64,000 nt of DNA from Clostridia bacterium. Lineage in GTDB: Bacteria; Bacillota; Clostridia; TANB77; CAG-508. Below are positions 29,507-39,461 of the stretch, piece after piece. The stretch is taken from contig JAEESU010000010.1 in NCBI GenBank assembly GCA_016290095.1, positions 155,286 through 219,285 on the forward strand, given 5' to 3'. How positions within the stretch are numbered: the first letter of the stretch is position 1; the number at the start of each line of letters is the position of its first letter. A program made the position numbers and the translations under genes. The notes beneath the pieces were generated by a model, which worked only from the letters and a program-made list of their open reading frames with translations, ran no database searches and was not told the origin of the DNA.

Positions 29507-31309
29507 ATGAAAAGTTTAAAAAAAGTAATTATTTTTTTGTTTTTAGTTCTAATAATAGTTGCTGGATTAGCAGCATATGCATATTTTCAAACTGACTTAC
29601 TAAAAACGCCATATCAATTATTTGATAAATATTTTAACAATACTGTAGAACAATTAACAAACTACAGTTTTAAACCATATGATGAGATAATTAAACAATT
29701 AATGAATAGTAATTCAGAGACAGTAGTTTATTATCCAGATTCGACAAATACATTTTTAAAAACAACGCTTGATACAGATACAGATGGTAATACATCTGCA
29801 GTCGTTGAGTATAAAATGGAAGGTGCAGAGGAACCTCTAAATGTTTATTTTGCCGGCTCAAAAGATGCAATTGGAATAAAGATAGAAGAATTATATGATA
29901 AATATATAACTATTGAAAATAGAGATTTAAACAAAGCTTTGGAAAATTCAGAAATTTCTATAGTAGATGAAGATGCTGTACCAGAAAGCATTCCAACTCT
30001 AACTGAAGATGATATGAATACAATAAAACAATTATGTGTTGAATATAAAGAAAAATTAATATCAAAGTTTGATGAAAAAGAATGCTTTATAGCTGAAAGA
30101 AATGTTGATACTGTTGTAGGAACAGAAGTTGTAAAAACAAGTAAATATACCTTTAAAACAACCAAAAAAACTCTTGCCTCAAATATAGAAAATGTTTTAG
30201 AAGAATTATGTAATGATAGTCGTTTTAATGAATTATACAAAAAAATGTATAGCAAAGAAGCAACAGAATTTTTAGAAGAATATAAAAAATCTGTAGAGGA
30301 AAATAAAAATTCTGAAGATGCTAATATAAGTATTTCTTTTTATGTATCTGATAAAAGAACTGTAAAAGCAGAAATCAATTATAATGAGTCAAGTGTTACA
30401 TTATTAATCAATAATACAGAAATTGCAATTAACATGACTGGTATGGAAAATGATTATAACAATATTACTTATGATAGTGAAATTAGAGTTGAAAATACAT
30501 ATAATGGAAGTACAGGAGATTTGATAGTTTCTGCAACTAAAAAGTACAATAAAACAGATGAAAGCTCAGAGTATTATACAGATTCTTATTTTAATAGTTT
30601 CTCAAATTATGAAGATTCTTATATTAAAATTATATTAAGTACTTCAAATAGTAATTCTCAATATAAATCAATTTTGAAATATGTTACTGAAGAAAATGGA
30701 GAAGCAGAAAATTTAATAGAAATGGATATTAATACTAATGCAAATATTACAGTTGAAAAAATTGATTCATCAAATTCCACAGTAATTAATGATTTCACTA
30801 GCACTGATTATAATTCGTTAGCAAATGAAATAATTTTTAAAGGATATAGCTATGTAGAACAAAAACCAAAATCAACTTTAGCTATAATATTATCTAAGTT
30901 TTTTGGATTAAATACAACTTTAGATTTTAGTGATGATGATATGATGGATTATTCTGAAGAAGGTTATCTTGAGGAAGATGATCCTTTAATGTTAGATGAT
31001 GGAAATCTTTCATTAGATTCAAATAAATCTAAAATTGAAAGCGAATTGACATCAGCAATAGGAAAATGTTTATCTGATTATCAAATGGCTACTGTATCAA
31101 ATCCAAATGCAAATATTAATGATTACTTAAATGTAGACAATATTAAAAAAGGATGCAGTGGATATACAATTCAACTTTTAGAAGGTGGAACAACATTAAA
31201 ATGTACAATGAACTATGATTTTTCTGTTTACTATGCAATTATGACTTTTGATGGATTAAGTGTAAAAAGCGTAGATGTATATACAGAAAATGAATATCGT
31301 GAATTATAG
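29507..31309 (+). CDS. Membrane-anchored extracytoplasmic hypothetical protein (600 aa)
   Basis: N-terminal TM 'VIIFLFLVLIIVAGLAAYAYF'; terminator at 31315-31346. Confidence 0.4.
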   Translation: MKSLKKVIIFLFLVLIIVAGLAAYAYFQTDLLKTPYQLFDKYFNNTVEQLTNYSFKPYDEIIKQLMNSNSETVVYYPDSTNTFLKTTLDTDTDGNTSAVVEYKMEGAEEPLNVYFAGSKDAIGIKIEELYDKYITIENRDLNKALENSEISIVDEDAVPESIPTLTEDDMNTIKQLCVEYKEKLISKFDEKECFIAERNVDTVVGTEVVKTSKYTFKTTKKTLASNIENVLEELCNDSRFNELYKKMYSKEATEFLEEYKKSVEENKNSEDANISISFYVSDKRTVKAEINYNESSVTLLINNTEIAINMTGMENDYNNITYDSEIRVENTYNGSTGDLIVSATKKYNKTDESSEYYTDSYFNSFSNYEDSYIKIILSTSNSNSQYKSILKYVTEENGEAENLIEMDINTNANITVEKIDSSNSTVINDFTSTDYNSLANEIIFKGYSYVEQKPKSTLAIILSKFFGLNTTLDFSDDDMMDYSEEGYLEEDDPLMLDDGNLSLDSNKSKIESELTSAIGKCLSDYQMATVSNPNANINDYLNVDNIKKGCSGYTIQLLEGGTTLKCTMNYDFSVYYAIMTFDGLSVKSVDVYTENEYREL

Positions 31310-31357
31310 TATTTAAAGCTGAGGAAATATCTCAGCTTTTGTTTTGTAGGAGTTTAT

Positions 31358-32329
31358 ATGATTAGATATACAGAATATTTAATTTTAATATTTTTTGTTT
31401 ACTCTTTTTCAGGATGGTTTATGGAATCATTTGGTGGAATTTTTAAAGAAAAGAAATTTATAAATCGAGGATTCTTAATTGGACCATATTGTCCAGTTTA
31501 TGGAGTTGGTGTTGTTGGAATAGCAGTTGCTCTGGGAAAATATCAAAATGATGTGCCAGCATTATTTATATTATCTATTGTGTTATGTGGAAGTTTGGAA
31601 TACTTTACAAGTTTTATTATGGAAAAACTATTTAATGCTAGATGGTGGGATTACCATAACAAAAAGTTTAATATTAATGGAAGAATTTGCCTAGAAACAT
31701 TAATTCCTTTTGGAATAGTGGGAACAAGCACTATTTGTATTATAAATCCTAAATTATATAGTTTATTTGATAAAATTCCTGATTTTACTTTAAATACTAT
31801 TTCTATTGTTCTATCAATTTTATTTGTTATTGATTTTATTATTTCATTTTGCATTATCGCAAGTTTTAAAAATTTAACATATACTAAAAGAGATAATACT
31901 GAAGAAATTAGCAATAAAGTAAAAGAAAAGACTGAAGAAATAAATGAGGCTGTATTGGAAAAAGCAGAAGATACATTTATGAAAATGGAATCTAATGCAA
32001 TTCACATGTCAAGGAACCTAAAAGTAAGAAGACTAAAATTAGAAAGAAAAGTAAGGTTTACCAGAAAAAATATTCAATTAAAAACAACTAAACCTTTAAG
32101 AGAACTTTCTGTTGGATTAAAAAATAGAAAAGATATTATTCTAAAATCAATTATTGATAATAAAGAAAAGATTAATGACCAAATAAAAACAAGCCAAAAA
32201 GTAATAACATCACAAATTATTGAAACATTTAAGAAAAGATCTATATTATCAAAAAGATTAATGGAAGCATTTCCTAGAATTTCAATAAGAGGTTTTAAAG
32301 ACAAAGATAATAATAATTTGCAAAAATAA
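31358..32329 (+). CDS. DUF1113-like ('ABC-transporter type IV' family; PF06541 from memory) membrane protein with a basic coiled-coil C-terminal tail
   Basis: 'GW..E......NRGFLIGPYCPVYG.....EYFTSF..E...ARWWDY....NINGRICLE.L.PFGI.G' is paralogous to the C-terminus of ORF 2391-4178. Confidence 0.5.
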   Translation: MIRYTEYLILIFFVYSFSGWFMESFGGIFKEKKFINRGFLIGPYCPVYGVGVVGIAVALGKYQNDVPALFILSIVLCGSLEYFTSFIMEKLFNARWWDYHNKKFNINGRICLETLIPFGIVGTSTICIINPKLYSLFDKIPDFTLNTISIVLSILFVIDFIISFCIIASFKNLTYTKRDNTEEISNKVKEKTEEINEAVLEKAEDTFMKMESNAIHMSRNLKVRRLKLERKVRFTRKNIQLKTTKPLRELSVGLKNRKDIILKSIIDNKEKINDQIKTSQKVITSQIIETFKKRSILSKRLMEAFPRISIRGFKDKDNNNLQK

Positions 32330-32377
32330 AAAAAATGTGCTAATATAATTTAGTCTTATTGAAAGGAGTATTCTATA

Positions 32378-32812
32378 ATGGATAATGATGAGAAATATAT
32401 TGAATTAATTTGTAATGGTGAATTTAATGCTGTTCCAGATTTTAAAATTGGAGAATTGTTTGAATCATTTTTTGATAATATTAATTATAATGTAGTAAAA
32501 GAAAATGAAGCGGTTTTTGTTGATTTTACAGGAGATGCTATGTGTGATGATGAACCATGCACAATTATAATTAGGTTTGTAATTGATAAAACTGTTGAAG
32601 AATTTGAAATTAAAGAAGTAAAAGTAAATAATGATATATTAGAGCAAGATGAAATTATGGATTTACTTGAAGATATTGCTTATGTTGGCGGAGCAGTAAT
32701 CGATGATGAAGATTATTATTGTGATAATAATTGTAGCAATTGTAGTCATGACTGTGGATTTGGAATAAACAAAGACGATGATGAAGAAGATAAAAATGAT
32801 GAAAATGAATAA
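32378..32812 (+). CDS. Acidic hypothetical protein with a C-terminal CxxC cluster
   Basis: ORF with a good RBS and the cluster 'CDNNCSNCSHDCGFG'. Confidence 0.4.
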   Translation: MDNDEKYIELICNGEFNAVPDFKIGELFESFFDNINYNVVKENEAVFVDFTGDAMCDDEPCTIIIRFVIDKTVEEFEIKEVKVNNDILEQDEIMDLLEDIAYVGGAVIDDEDYYCDNNCSNCSHDCGFGINKDDDEEDKNDENE

Positions 32813-33079
32813 TTTACAAAATCATACTCAAATGTTCACACAATTTTCACCCAAAAAAATTTTTTAATGATATAATACAATTACATTAATGAATAAAACG
32901 AATTAATGGAAGGTTTAGGTGATATTATGGATGAGCTTGAAAATATAAATTATGATTTTTGTAATGATACAAGTGATTCTTATTTTGACGATTAAATTTT
33001 GAAATAACTAGTTTATACTAGTTATTTTTTTGTAACCAAATTTTCTTTCCTTAATAAAATATATTAAGGAGGAAGTATT

Positions 33080-33235
33080 ATGTTTTTTTGTAAATTTAGA
33101 AAAATAATAGCTGGTATATTAATAGGATTCGGAATAGGAACATTATTAGTATTATTTCTTCCTCCTGTTGCATGGATTTGTATAATTGGAATTGCAACTG
33201 TTGTTGGAGGTATAAAATATTTACTAGGAAAATAG
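33080..33235 (+). CDS. 51-aa two-TM small membrane protein (not in ORF track)
   Basis: AAGGAGG 7 nt upstream. Translation: MFFCKFRKIIAGILIGFGIGTLLVLFLPPVAWICIIGIATVVGGIKYLLGK. Confidence 0.45.
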   Translation: MFFCKFRKIIAGILIGFGIGTLLVLFLPPVAWICIIGIATVVGGIKYLLGK

Positions 33236-33320
33236 GAGGAAGTATGAAGATAGTAGTTAAAAAAGTTCCAAAGTTTTTAAGAGGTTTTGTGAAACTTGTA
33301 TTTGGAATTAAAGATACATA

Positions 33321-33360
33321 AAAAGTAGCTACTTAAAATAAGTAGCTACTTTTTATTTTT
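33321..33360. terminator. Bidirectional terminator (palindromic stem)
   Basis: aagtagctactt ... aagtagctactt is self-complementary, with T-runs on both sides. Confidence 0.65.
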
Positions 33361-33372
33361 ATTATATTAAAA

Positions 33373-33579
33373 TTAAACAGCTCTTTGAACTTTTCCAGAA
33401 CGTAAGCATTTTGAACAAACTGAAACTCTTTTAACTTCACCATCAACAACAGCTTTTACTGTTCTTAAATTTGGTCTTACTGGTCTAGTTGATCTTTTGC
33501 TTATGTGTGAACGAGTAATACTTAATTGTTTACCAAAGCTTGTTTCTTTTCCACAATATGCACATTTAGCCATTTTCAA
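33373..33579 (-). CDS. rpmB: 50S ribosomal protein L28
   Basis: 'MAKCAYCGK....G..VSHS..R..R...PNL..V...V.GE.KRV.VC..CL..GKV.R' is collinear with L28. The true start may be the second Met (33573). Confidence 0.8.
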   Translation of the reverse strand: MKMAKCAYCGKETSFGKQLSITRSHISKRSTRPVRPNLRTVKAVVDGEVKRVSVCSKCLRSGKVQRAV

Positions 33580-33734
33580 AGCACCTCCATTAACCTTTAA
33601 ATAAACTGACTATTTAAAAGTATAGCATAAACGATTTTAAAAAACAAGAGATTTTTGAAAAAATAATAAATTTTTAAAAAAATCTTTTAATATATTATAA
33701 GTAATGATAAAATAATTTCAAATAAAAGAAAAGG

Positions 33735-34676
33735 ATGATTTTTATGAAAATAATTTTAAAAATAATTTTACTTATAATTTCACTTATTATAATCACAGAA
33801 GGATGCATATGTGCATATCAGTATTTTACAGAAGGTGTTGGAATAAAGGAAGTTGCAAAAGAACCATTATTTACATTAGAAAATTATCCAAAAGTAGATG
33901 CGTCACTTGCTACACAACCTTTAACTAATGCATTTATTAAATATTTTACTGGAGAAGAAAATATAACAGATGAATATTTAGATTACACTAATACACATCC
34001 GGGATACTTAAGATTAATAGATGGAGAAGTAGACTTAATTGTAGTAACAGAACCTTCAGAAGAAGAATTGGAATATGCAAAAGAAAAAAATGTTGAATTA
34101 GAAGTAATTCCTGTTGTAAGAGAAGGATTTGTGTTCTATGTAAATCATAATAATCCTGTTAGTAACTTATCTTTAGAACAAATACAAGATATTTATTCTG
34201 GAAAAATTAAAAATTGGAAAGAAGTGGGTGGAGAAGATGAAGAAATAAGAGCTTTCCAAAGACCGGAAAATTCAGGAAGTCAAACAGGAATGTTATCTCT
34301 TGTTATGAAAGATAAAAAACTAATGACGCCACCTAAAGAAGATTTAGTTGAAACAATGTTTGATATAGTTGATTTAGTTTCAAGCTATGATAACGGCTTA
34401 AATTCAATTGGATATTCATATTATTACTATGCTACTACAATGTTTGATACAATAGATAGTGAAATTGCAGATAGAATAAAACTATTAGCAATAGATGGAG
34501 TTTCTCCAAACAACCAAACAATTAAAGCTGAAGAATATCCACTTGAAACAGCATATTATATTGTAATTAGAAAAAATGAACCAGAAGGTAGTAACACAAG
34601 AAAACTTGTAAATGCAATGCTATCTGATGAAGGACAAAGAGTTGCAGAAGGAGCAGGTTATGTCGGAGTTAGATAA
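33735..34676 (+). CDS. PstS-family (PBP_like_2) periplasmic-binding-fold protein, orphan
   Basis: Collinear with B. subtilis PstS ('ATQPL', 'IKNWKEVGG', 'IGYSYYYY', 'LAIDGVSP'). The GSGTG phosphate loop is not conserved, and no pstCAB is adjacent. Confidence 0.5.
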   Translation: MIFMKIILKIILLIISLIIITEGCICAYQYFTEGVGIKEVAKEPLFTLENYPKVDASLATQPLTNAFIKYFTGEENITDEYLDYTNTHPGYLRLIDGEVDLIVVTEPSEEELEYAKEKNVELEVIPVVREGFVFYVNHNNPVSNLSLEQIQDIYSGKIKNWKEVGGEDEEIRAFQRPENSGSQTGMLSLVMKDKKLMTPPKEDLVETMFDIVDLVSSYDNGLNSIGYSYYYYATTMFDTIDSEIADRIKLLAIDGVSPNNQTIKAEEYPLETAYYIVIRKNEPEGSNTRKLVNAMLSDEGQRVAEGAGYVGVR

Positions 34677-36069
34677 GGAAAATGAAAAGAAGAGAAGTGG
34701 CCCTAAAATACTTTTAGTAATTGTCATAATTTATTTTGTTTTAGCTTTAATATTCACATTATTCTCAATATACTTTTATAATCAAAACAATATAAGTTTT
34801 ATTAAATATGTGACAAATTTTGTAAAGAATAACAAAATTGAAAAAACACCATTAAATGAAAAATATGCTTTTAATAATATTGAAATAACCGAATGGAAGA
34901 GTAAATTAAGAGAAAATGATATTGTTGATGGCTATTCAAGTGAAATGACTTATGTTGAAATATCTGGTTTAAAGGATAAAAATGTACAAAATAAAATAAA
35001 TAATAAAATAAAAGAAAAAGTAAGAAGTTTTGTATCACAAGAGGAAATATTAGACAATAACATAGTCAATGTTAACATAAATTCTTATGTATATGGAAAT
35101 TTTTCAAATATCTTATCAATATCAATTTCAAAATATATAACAAAATTTAAAGAAAATCCAGTAGACGAATATGATGATTACGAATATGAAGATGAAATTG
35201 AGTCATTAAATTTTAGACTAGATACAGGTGATGAAATAGAATTTAAAGATGTATTTACAAAAGATGCTAGCATAAAAAGAATTTTGTCTCAATGTGCTTA
35301 TAGAGATTTAGCTTTTGATTATGGTATGTATCATGTTTGGGATAATATGGATGAAGATACTTCCGTGCCTAGCATGGATAATGTGGATTATTCACATGTA
35401 GAAAGATTAGTTTATAATTTAGTAAATGAATTTAATAATGGAAAAAGCTTTCCATTCTTTATTCAGCCAAATGAAGTCTATTTCATTTATGATAAAAACT
35501 ATATTACTATCAATTTAGCAGACTATAGTGATTATATTGGTGTATATGAAATTGTACCAAATGATTCTGATTTATATGAAAAAGGTAATTTAGAAAAAAA
35601 AGATTATGTTTTTGGATATCCATATATAAGTTCTTTTGTGTATAATGATAAGGTTAATTCAAATACATATTTAATAATAAATTCACCATATAATAAAAAA
35701 TATAGTGAAGAAGAATATAATAGTTATTCTAAAACAGTATATGAGTATTTAGATGAATTAAAAAAATATATAGAAGAAAATTCTAAAAAGGATGATAAAG
35801 CTAAAATATATATAATAAGTTCAATATATTTAGATGAGGAGAATCAATTAACTTTTTATGGTGAAAAAATGGTTATAGATTCAGAAGAGTTAGACGATAA
35901 AGATATTGAAAACGTTCTAATTGAAGCATGTAAACAATCTCCTGAAGGAGATAGTAGCCTATCTTTCTACTGCTTTATAGATACAAATGATGTATATTGG
36001 TTTAACGTATATGACAATAATTATACAGAAGAAAAATATCAAATAATGGACGAAAGTATTGAAGAATAA
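34660..36069 (+). CDS. Membrane-anchored extracytoplasmic hypothetical protein, translationally coupled to the PstS-like gene
   Basis: ATG at 34660 with a GGAG site upstream. Overlaps the upstream stop by 17 nt. TM segment 'ILLVIVIIYFVLALIFTLFSIYF'. Confidence 0.45.
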   Translation: MSELDKENEKKRSGPKILLVIVIIYFVLALIFTLFSIYFYNQNNISFIKYVTNFVKNNKIEKTPLNEKYAFNNIEITEWKSKLRENDIVDGYSSEMTYVEISGLKDKNVQNKINNKIKEKVRSFVSQEEILDNNIVNVNINSYVYGNFSNILSISISKYITKFKENPVDEYDDYEYEDEIESLNFRLDTGDEIEFKDVFTKDASIKRILSQCAYRDLAFDYGMYHVWDNMDEDTSVPSMDNVDYSHVERLVYNLVNEFNNGKSFPFFIQPNEVYFIYDKNYITINLADYSDYIGVYEIVPNDSDLYEKGNLEKKDYVFGYPYISSFVYNDKVNSNTYLIINSPYNKKYSEEEYNSYSKTVYEYLDELKKYIEENSKKDDKAKIYIISSIYLDEENQLTFYGEKMVIDSEELDDKDIENVLIEACKQSPEGDSSLSFYCFIDTNDVYWFNVYDNNYTEEKYQIMDESIEE

Positions 36070-36138
36070 GCGAGGATTGACTTTTTGAAAAAATGTAGTA
36101 TAATAAATAATAGAGTTTAAATAAGAAGGGAGAATGTT

Positions 36139-36444
36139 ATGTTAGCCAAATCATGGAAAAAAATTTTACTAGCTATATGTGTTATTGCTTGTATATATAA
36201 TGTAATGGCAAAAATAGTTAATAGACATTCTTTAGAAGAAAACTTAAGAAGTGCAAATGATGGAGAAACTGTATTTAATTTTTCAAAAGAAGAAAAAGAA
36301 AATGTAAATATGGTAGAAGAAACATCTGCAACAAACATTATTAATACTACTATATCTGAAAATGTAGTTGAATCAGAACAAGTTAACAAAGAGGAAAATA
36401 ATGGATTTTTGAAATCATTATTCAATTTTCAGTTTTTATTTTAA
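36139..36444 (+). CDS. Small membrane-anchored hypothetical protein
   Basis: Good RBS (aagggag) and a near-consensus promoter (TTGACT-16-TATAAT at about 36079-36106). Confidence 0.4.
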   Translation: MLAKSWKKILLAICVIACIYNVMAKIVNRHSLEENLRSANDGETVFNFSKEEKENVNMVEETSATNIINTTISENVVESEQVNKEENNGFLKSLFNFQFLF

Positions 36445-36522
36445 AATACTTGCATTTGAAAATAGAATGTGTTATTATATAAAAGATTGTTTTTAAAATG
36501 TTGGAAAGAGGTGAAAATCTAC

Positions 36523-36723
36523 ATGAAAAAAGAATTACAACCAAATTATACAGCTTCTAAAATAATATGTGCTTGTGGAAATGTCATAGAAACAAATTCA
36601 ACTAAACCAGAAATGAAAGTTGATGTTTGCTCTAAATGTCATCCATTTTGGACAGGAAGCTTAAAACAAAACACTACAGGTGGTAGAGCAGATAAATTTA
36701 AGAAAAAATATGGTATTGCTTAA
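36523..36723 (+). CDS. rpmE: 50S ribosomal protein L31
   Basis: 'MKKELQPNY......C.CGN..........VD.CS.CHPF.TG' with a CxxC...CxxC zinc ribbon. The protein is 66 aa. Confidence 0.8.
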   Translation: MKKELQPNYTASKIICACGNVIETNSTKPEMKVDVCSKCHPFWTGSLKQNTTGGRADKFKKKYGIA

Positions 36724-36763
36724 TTGTTTTAGGTAGTATTTAAAATAAAATTTATTGCGCAAT

Positions 36764-36795
36764 AAAAAGTCTAGCTATGAGCTAGACTTTTTTAT
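36764..36795. terminator. Bidirectional terminator
   Basis: Stem aaaaagtctagct / agctagacttttt. Confidence 0.65.
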
Positions 36796-38007
36796 ATTTT
36801 TAATAAAGTAATCCAATTAATTAGAATCGATTCAAAAGTATTATAAAAATTTATTTTATCTATATCTTTACTTGCAACTAAATTTACACTTGCTATTTTT
36901 TCATCATCCAAATAATAATTAGACTCTCCAAGGATATCATTTTTACGAATTGGTGCAGATATATTTTCATTTATAGTAATTTCTTGAGTAACTTCTTTAT
37001 TATTATTTTTGTTAATTACAATTCCAATATCATTTTCATACACTATATCAATATTTTTTTCTACACCTTTTTTAATAGGAATATTTTGGACAAAATCATT
37101 TTGTTTAGCTAAAACCTTGTAAGAATAAGTTGTAAAACCATAATCTAAGAGAAGTTTGGCTTCTGAGAATCTGAGTTTAGGAGTTGGAGCTCTTAAGACA
37201 ACAGCGATTAAGGATAAATTATTTCTTGTTGCACTAGCTGATAAGTTGTAAAGTGCAAGAGATGTAGATCCAGTTTTTAGACCAGTAGCACCCTCATATG
37301 TCCTAATCAGTTTATTTGTATTTACTAGTTGAGATTTACCATCTCTTAAAGTGTCCATCCAAATTGTTGTATATTTTGTTACATTAGGATATTTATTCAA
37401 TAATTCTCTTGACATTAAAGCAATATCAAAACTGGAAGTAAAATGTCCATCTTCATCTATACCGTGACAGTTTTTAAAAGTTGTATCTGCCATTCCAAGT
37501 TCTTTGGCTTTATCATTCATTTTTTGAACAAAAATTTCTTCACTTCCAGCAATAAATTCTGCCATAGCAACTGTGCAGTCATTAGCACTAACAACACAAA
37601 TAGCTTTTAACATTTCTTCGACAGTTAAGCTTTCTCTTGAGTCCAACCAAATTTGAGAACCTCCCATTGATGATGCATTCTCACTACATGGTACAGACAT
37701 ATCTAATGTAATCTCGTTTTTTTCTAAGGCCTCCATAATCAATAAAAGCGTCATAATTTTAGTTACACTTGCAGGTCTTAATTTTTCATGAGAGTTTTTT
37801 TCATATAATATTTTTCCGTGTTGATTGTTCAATAAGTATAGCACTCTGTGATTCTAAATTTAAAAAGTCTTCTTTATATGTTTCACTATTTGTTTCAATA
37901 AATAAGTTATCATGATTCCATACAGGAATATCGAAGAAAGTATCAGCAAAAGAAGTAGTTGTTAAAAGCATAATAAATAATATTAGAGCAGAAATTGTTT
38001 TTTTCAT
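36792..38007 (-). pseudogene. D-alanyl-D-alanine carboxypeptidase (DacF/PBP5-like serine peptidase S11) interrupted by a 1-nt frameshift
   Basis: The signal peptide plus '...SAILIEQST' (ORF 37801-38007) and 'GKILYEKN...PASVTKIMT...SAND...KTGST' (ORF 36792-37844) are in different frames. Removing one A from the A5 run near 37823-37829 joins them. Confidence 0.6.
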
Positions 38008-38183
38008 AGAATATCCTCCAATAAAATAATTTGTTTATAAATTATATGAAAAAAATACAGAAGTATTCTTTAGTAAAATAGTAAAACTTTTTAATAAAAA
38101 ATCTTGTATTATAAAAATTATTTGTATATAATATGGAAAGATTGTGAAAAAATATCAAATCTTGGAAAGGGGATTAATTATAA

Positions 38184-39332
38184 ATGGAAAATAAAATTAA
38201 GAAGGTTGCTATTTTAACAAATGGTGGAGATGCTCCTGGACTTAATGCTGTAATTAGAGCTATTGTAAAAACAGCAAGAACAAATGGAGTAGAATGCTAT
38301 GGTTTTATTGAAGGTTATAAAGGACTATTAAATAACAATTATGTTAAACTAGATTTACAAACAAATGCATCAGGACTACTTATAAAAGGCGGTACTATTA
38401 TAGGGACTTCAAACAATACTAATGTTTTCAATTATAAGGTGGTAAATGAGGACGGAACAGTAGAATATAAAGATTTATCTGATGTTTGTGTACAAAATAT
38501 TAAAGATGATGGATTTGATTGTTTATTTACATTAGGTGGAGATGGAACTCAAAAATCAAGTAGAGATTTCTCTTTAAAAGGAGTAAAATGCATTGGTGTT
38601 CCAAAAACTATTGATAATGATGTTGCACACACAGATCAAACATTTGGATTTGACACAGCAGTATCTGTTGCTGCTGAAGCATTAGATAGAATACATACAA
38701 CTGCAGAATCTCATCATAGAGTAATGGTAGTAGAAGTTATGGGTAGATATGCAGGATGGCTTGCATTAGAATCTGCAATAGCAGGAGGAGCAGATGTTGC
38801 ATTAATTCCTGAGATTCCATATGATATTAATAGTGTTATAAATAAAATTAATGAAAGAAGATCTAGAGGAAAAGAATTCTCAATTATTGTTGTTTCTGAA
38901 GGAGCTAAACCAAAGGATGGAGATATCACAATTAAAGCAACATTGGATCAAGGTGCAGGATTAGATAATATTAGACTTGGCGGTATAGGAGACAAGCTTT
39001 CAAATGATATTGAAAGATTAACTGGATATACATCTAGAAATACAACTTTAGGATATGTTCAAAGAGGTGGAACTCCATCTGCATATGATAGAATCCTTTC
39101 TACAAAATATGGATGCAAAGCTATGGAATTAGCATTAGAAGGAATATTCAATGTTCTAGTTACATATAAAGATGGAAAAATGAGCTATGTTTCTTTAGAA
39201 GATGTAGTTGGTGCAAATAAAGTTGTAGGAGCAGCATCTGGAAATACTAAAGAGTCTAATATAAGAAAAGTTCCTATGGATTGTGATTTAATAAAAATAG
39301 CAAGGGATTTAGGAATGAGTTTAGGTGACTAA
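38184..39332 (+). CDS. pfkA: 6-phosphofructokinase (long form)
   Basis: 'KVAILTNGGDAPGLNAVIRAIV', 'LGGDGT', 'PKTIDNDV', 'MGRYAGWLAL' and 'HVQRGGTPSAYDR'. Confidence 0.85.
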   Translation: MENKIKKVAILTNGGDAPGLNAVIRAIVKTARTNGVECYGFIEGYKGLLNNNYVKLDLQTNASGLLIKGGTIIGTSNNTNVFNYKVVNEDGTVEYKDLSDVCVQNIKDDGFDCLFTLGGDGTQKSSRDFSLKGVKCIGVPKTIDNDVAHTDQTFGFDTAVSVAAEALDRIHTTAESHHRVMVVEVMGRYAGWLALESAIAGGADVALIPEIPYDINSVINKINERRSRGKEFSIIVVSEGAKPKDGDITIKATLDQGAGLDNIRLGGIGDKLSNDIERLTGYTSRNTTLGYVQRGGTPSAYDRILSTKYGCKAMELALEGIFNVLVTYKDGKMSYVSLEDVVGANKVVGAASGNTKESNIRKVPMDCDLIKIARDLGMSLGD

Positions 39333-39344
39333 TTATAATTTATT

Positions 39345-39376
39345 AAAAGAGTTTACATATGTAAACTCTTTTTTTG
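39345..39376 (+). terminator. Rho-independent terminator
   Basis: Palindrome aagagtttacatatgtaaactctt followed by a T-run. Confidence 0.65.
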
Positions 39377-39461
39377 TTAAAATGCTTGATTTTTCTAATT
39401 GGTGTGGTATAATATAAAGGCTATTGTTTAGAAAAGTAAGAATTTTGGAGGAGTTAGAATA

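Noticed and set aside
36117-36425. Minus-strand 102-aa ORF overlapping 36139-36444
   Set aside because: The plus-strand ORF has an aagggag RBS and a near-consensus promoter at about 36079-36106. The minus ORF has neither.
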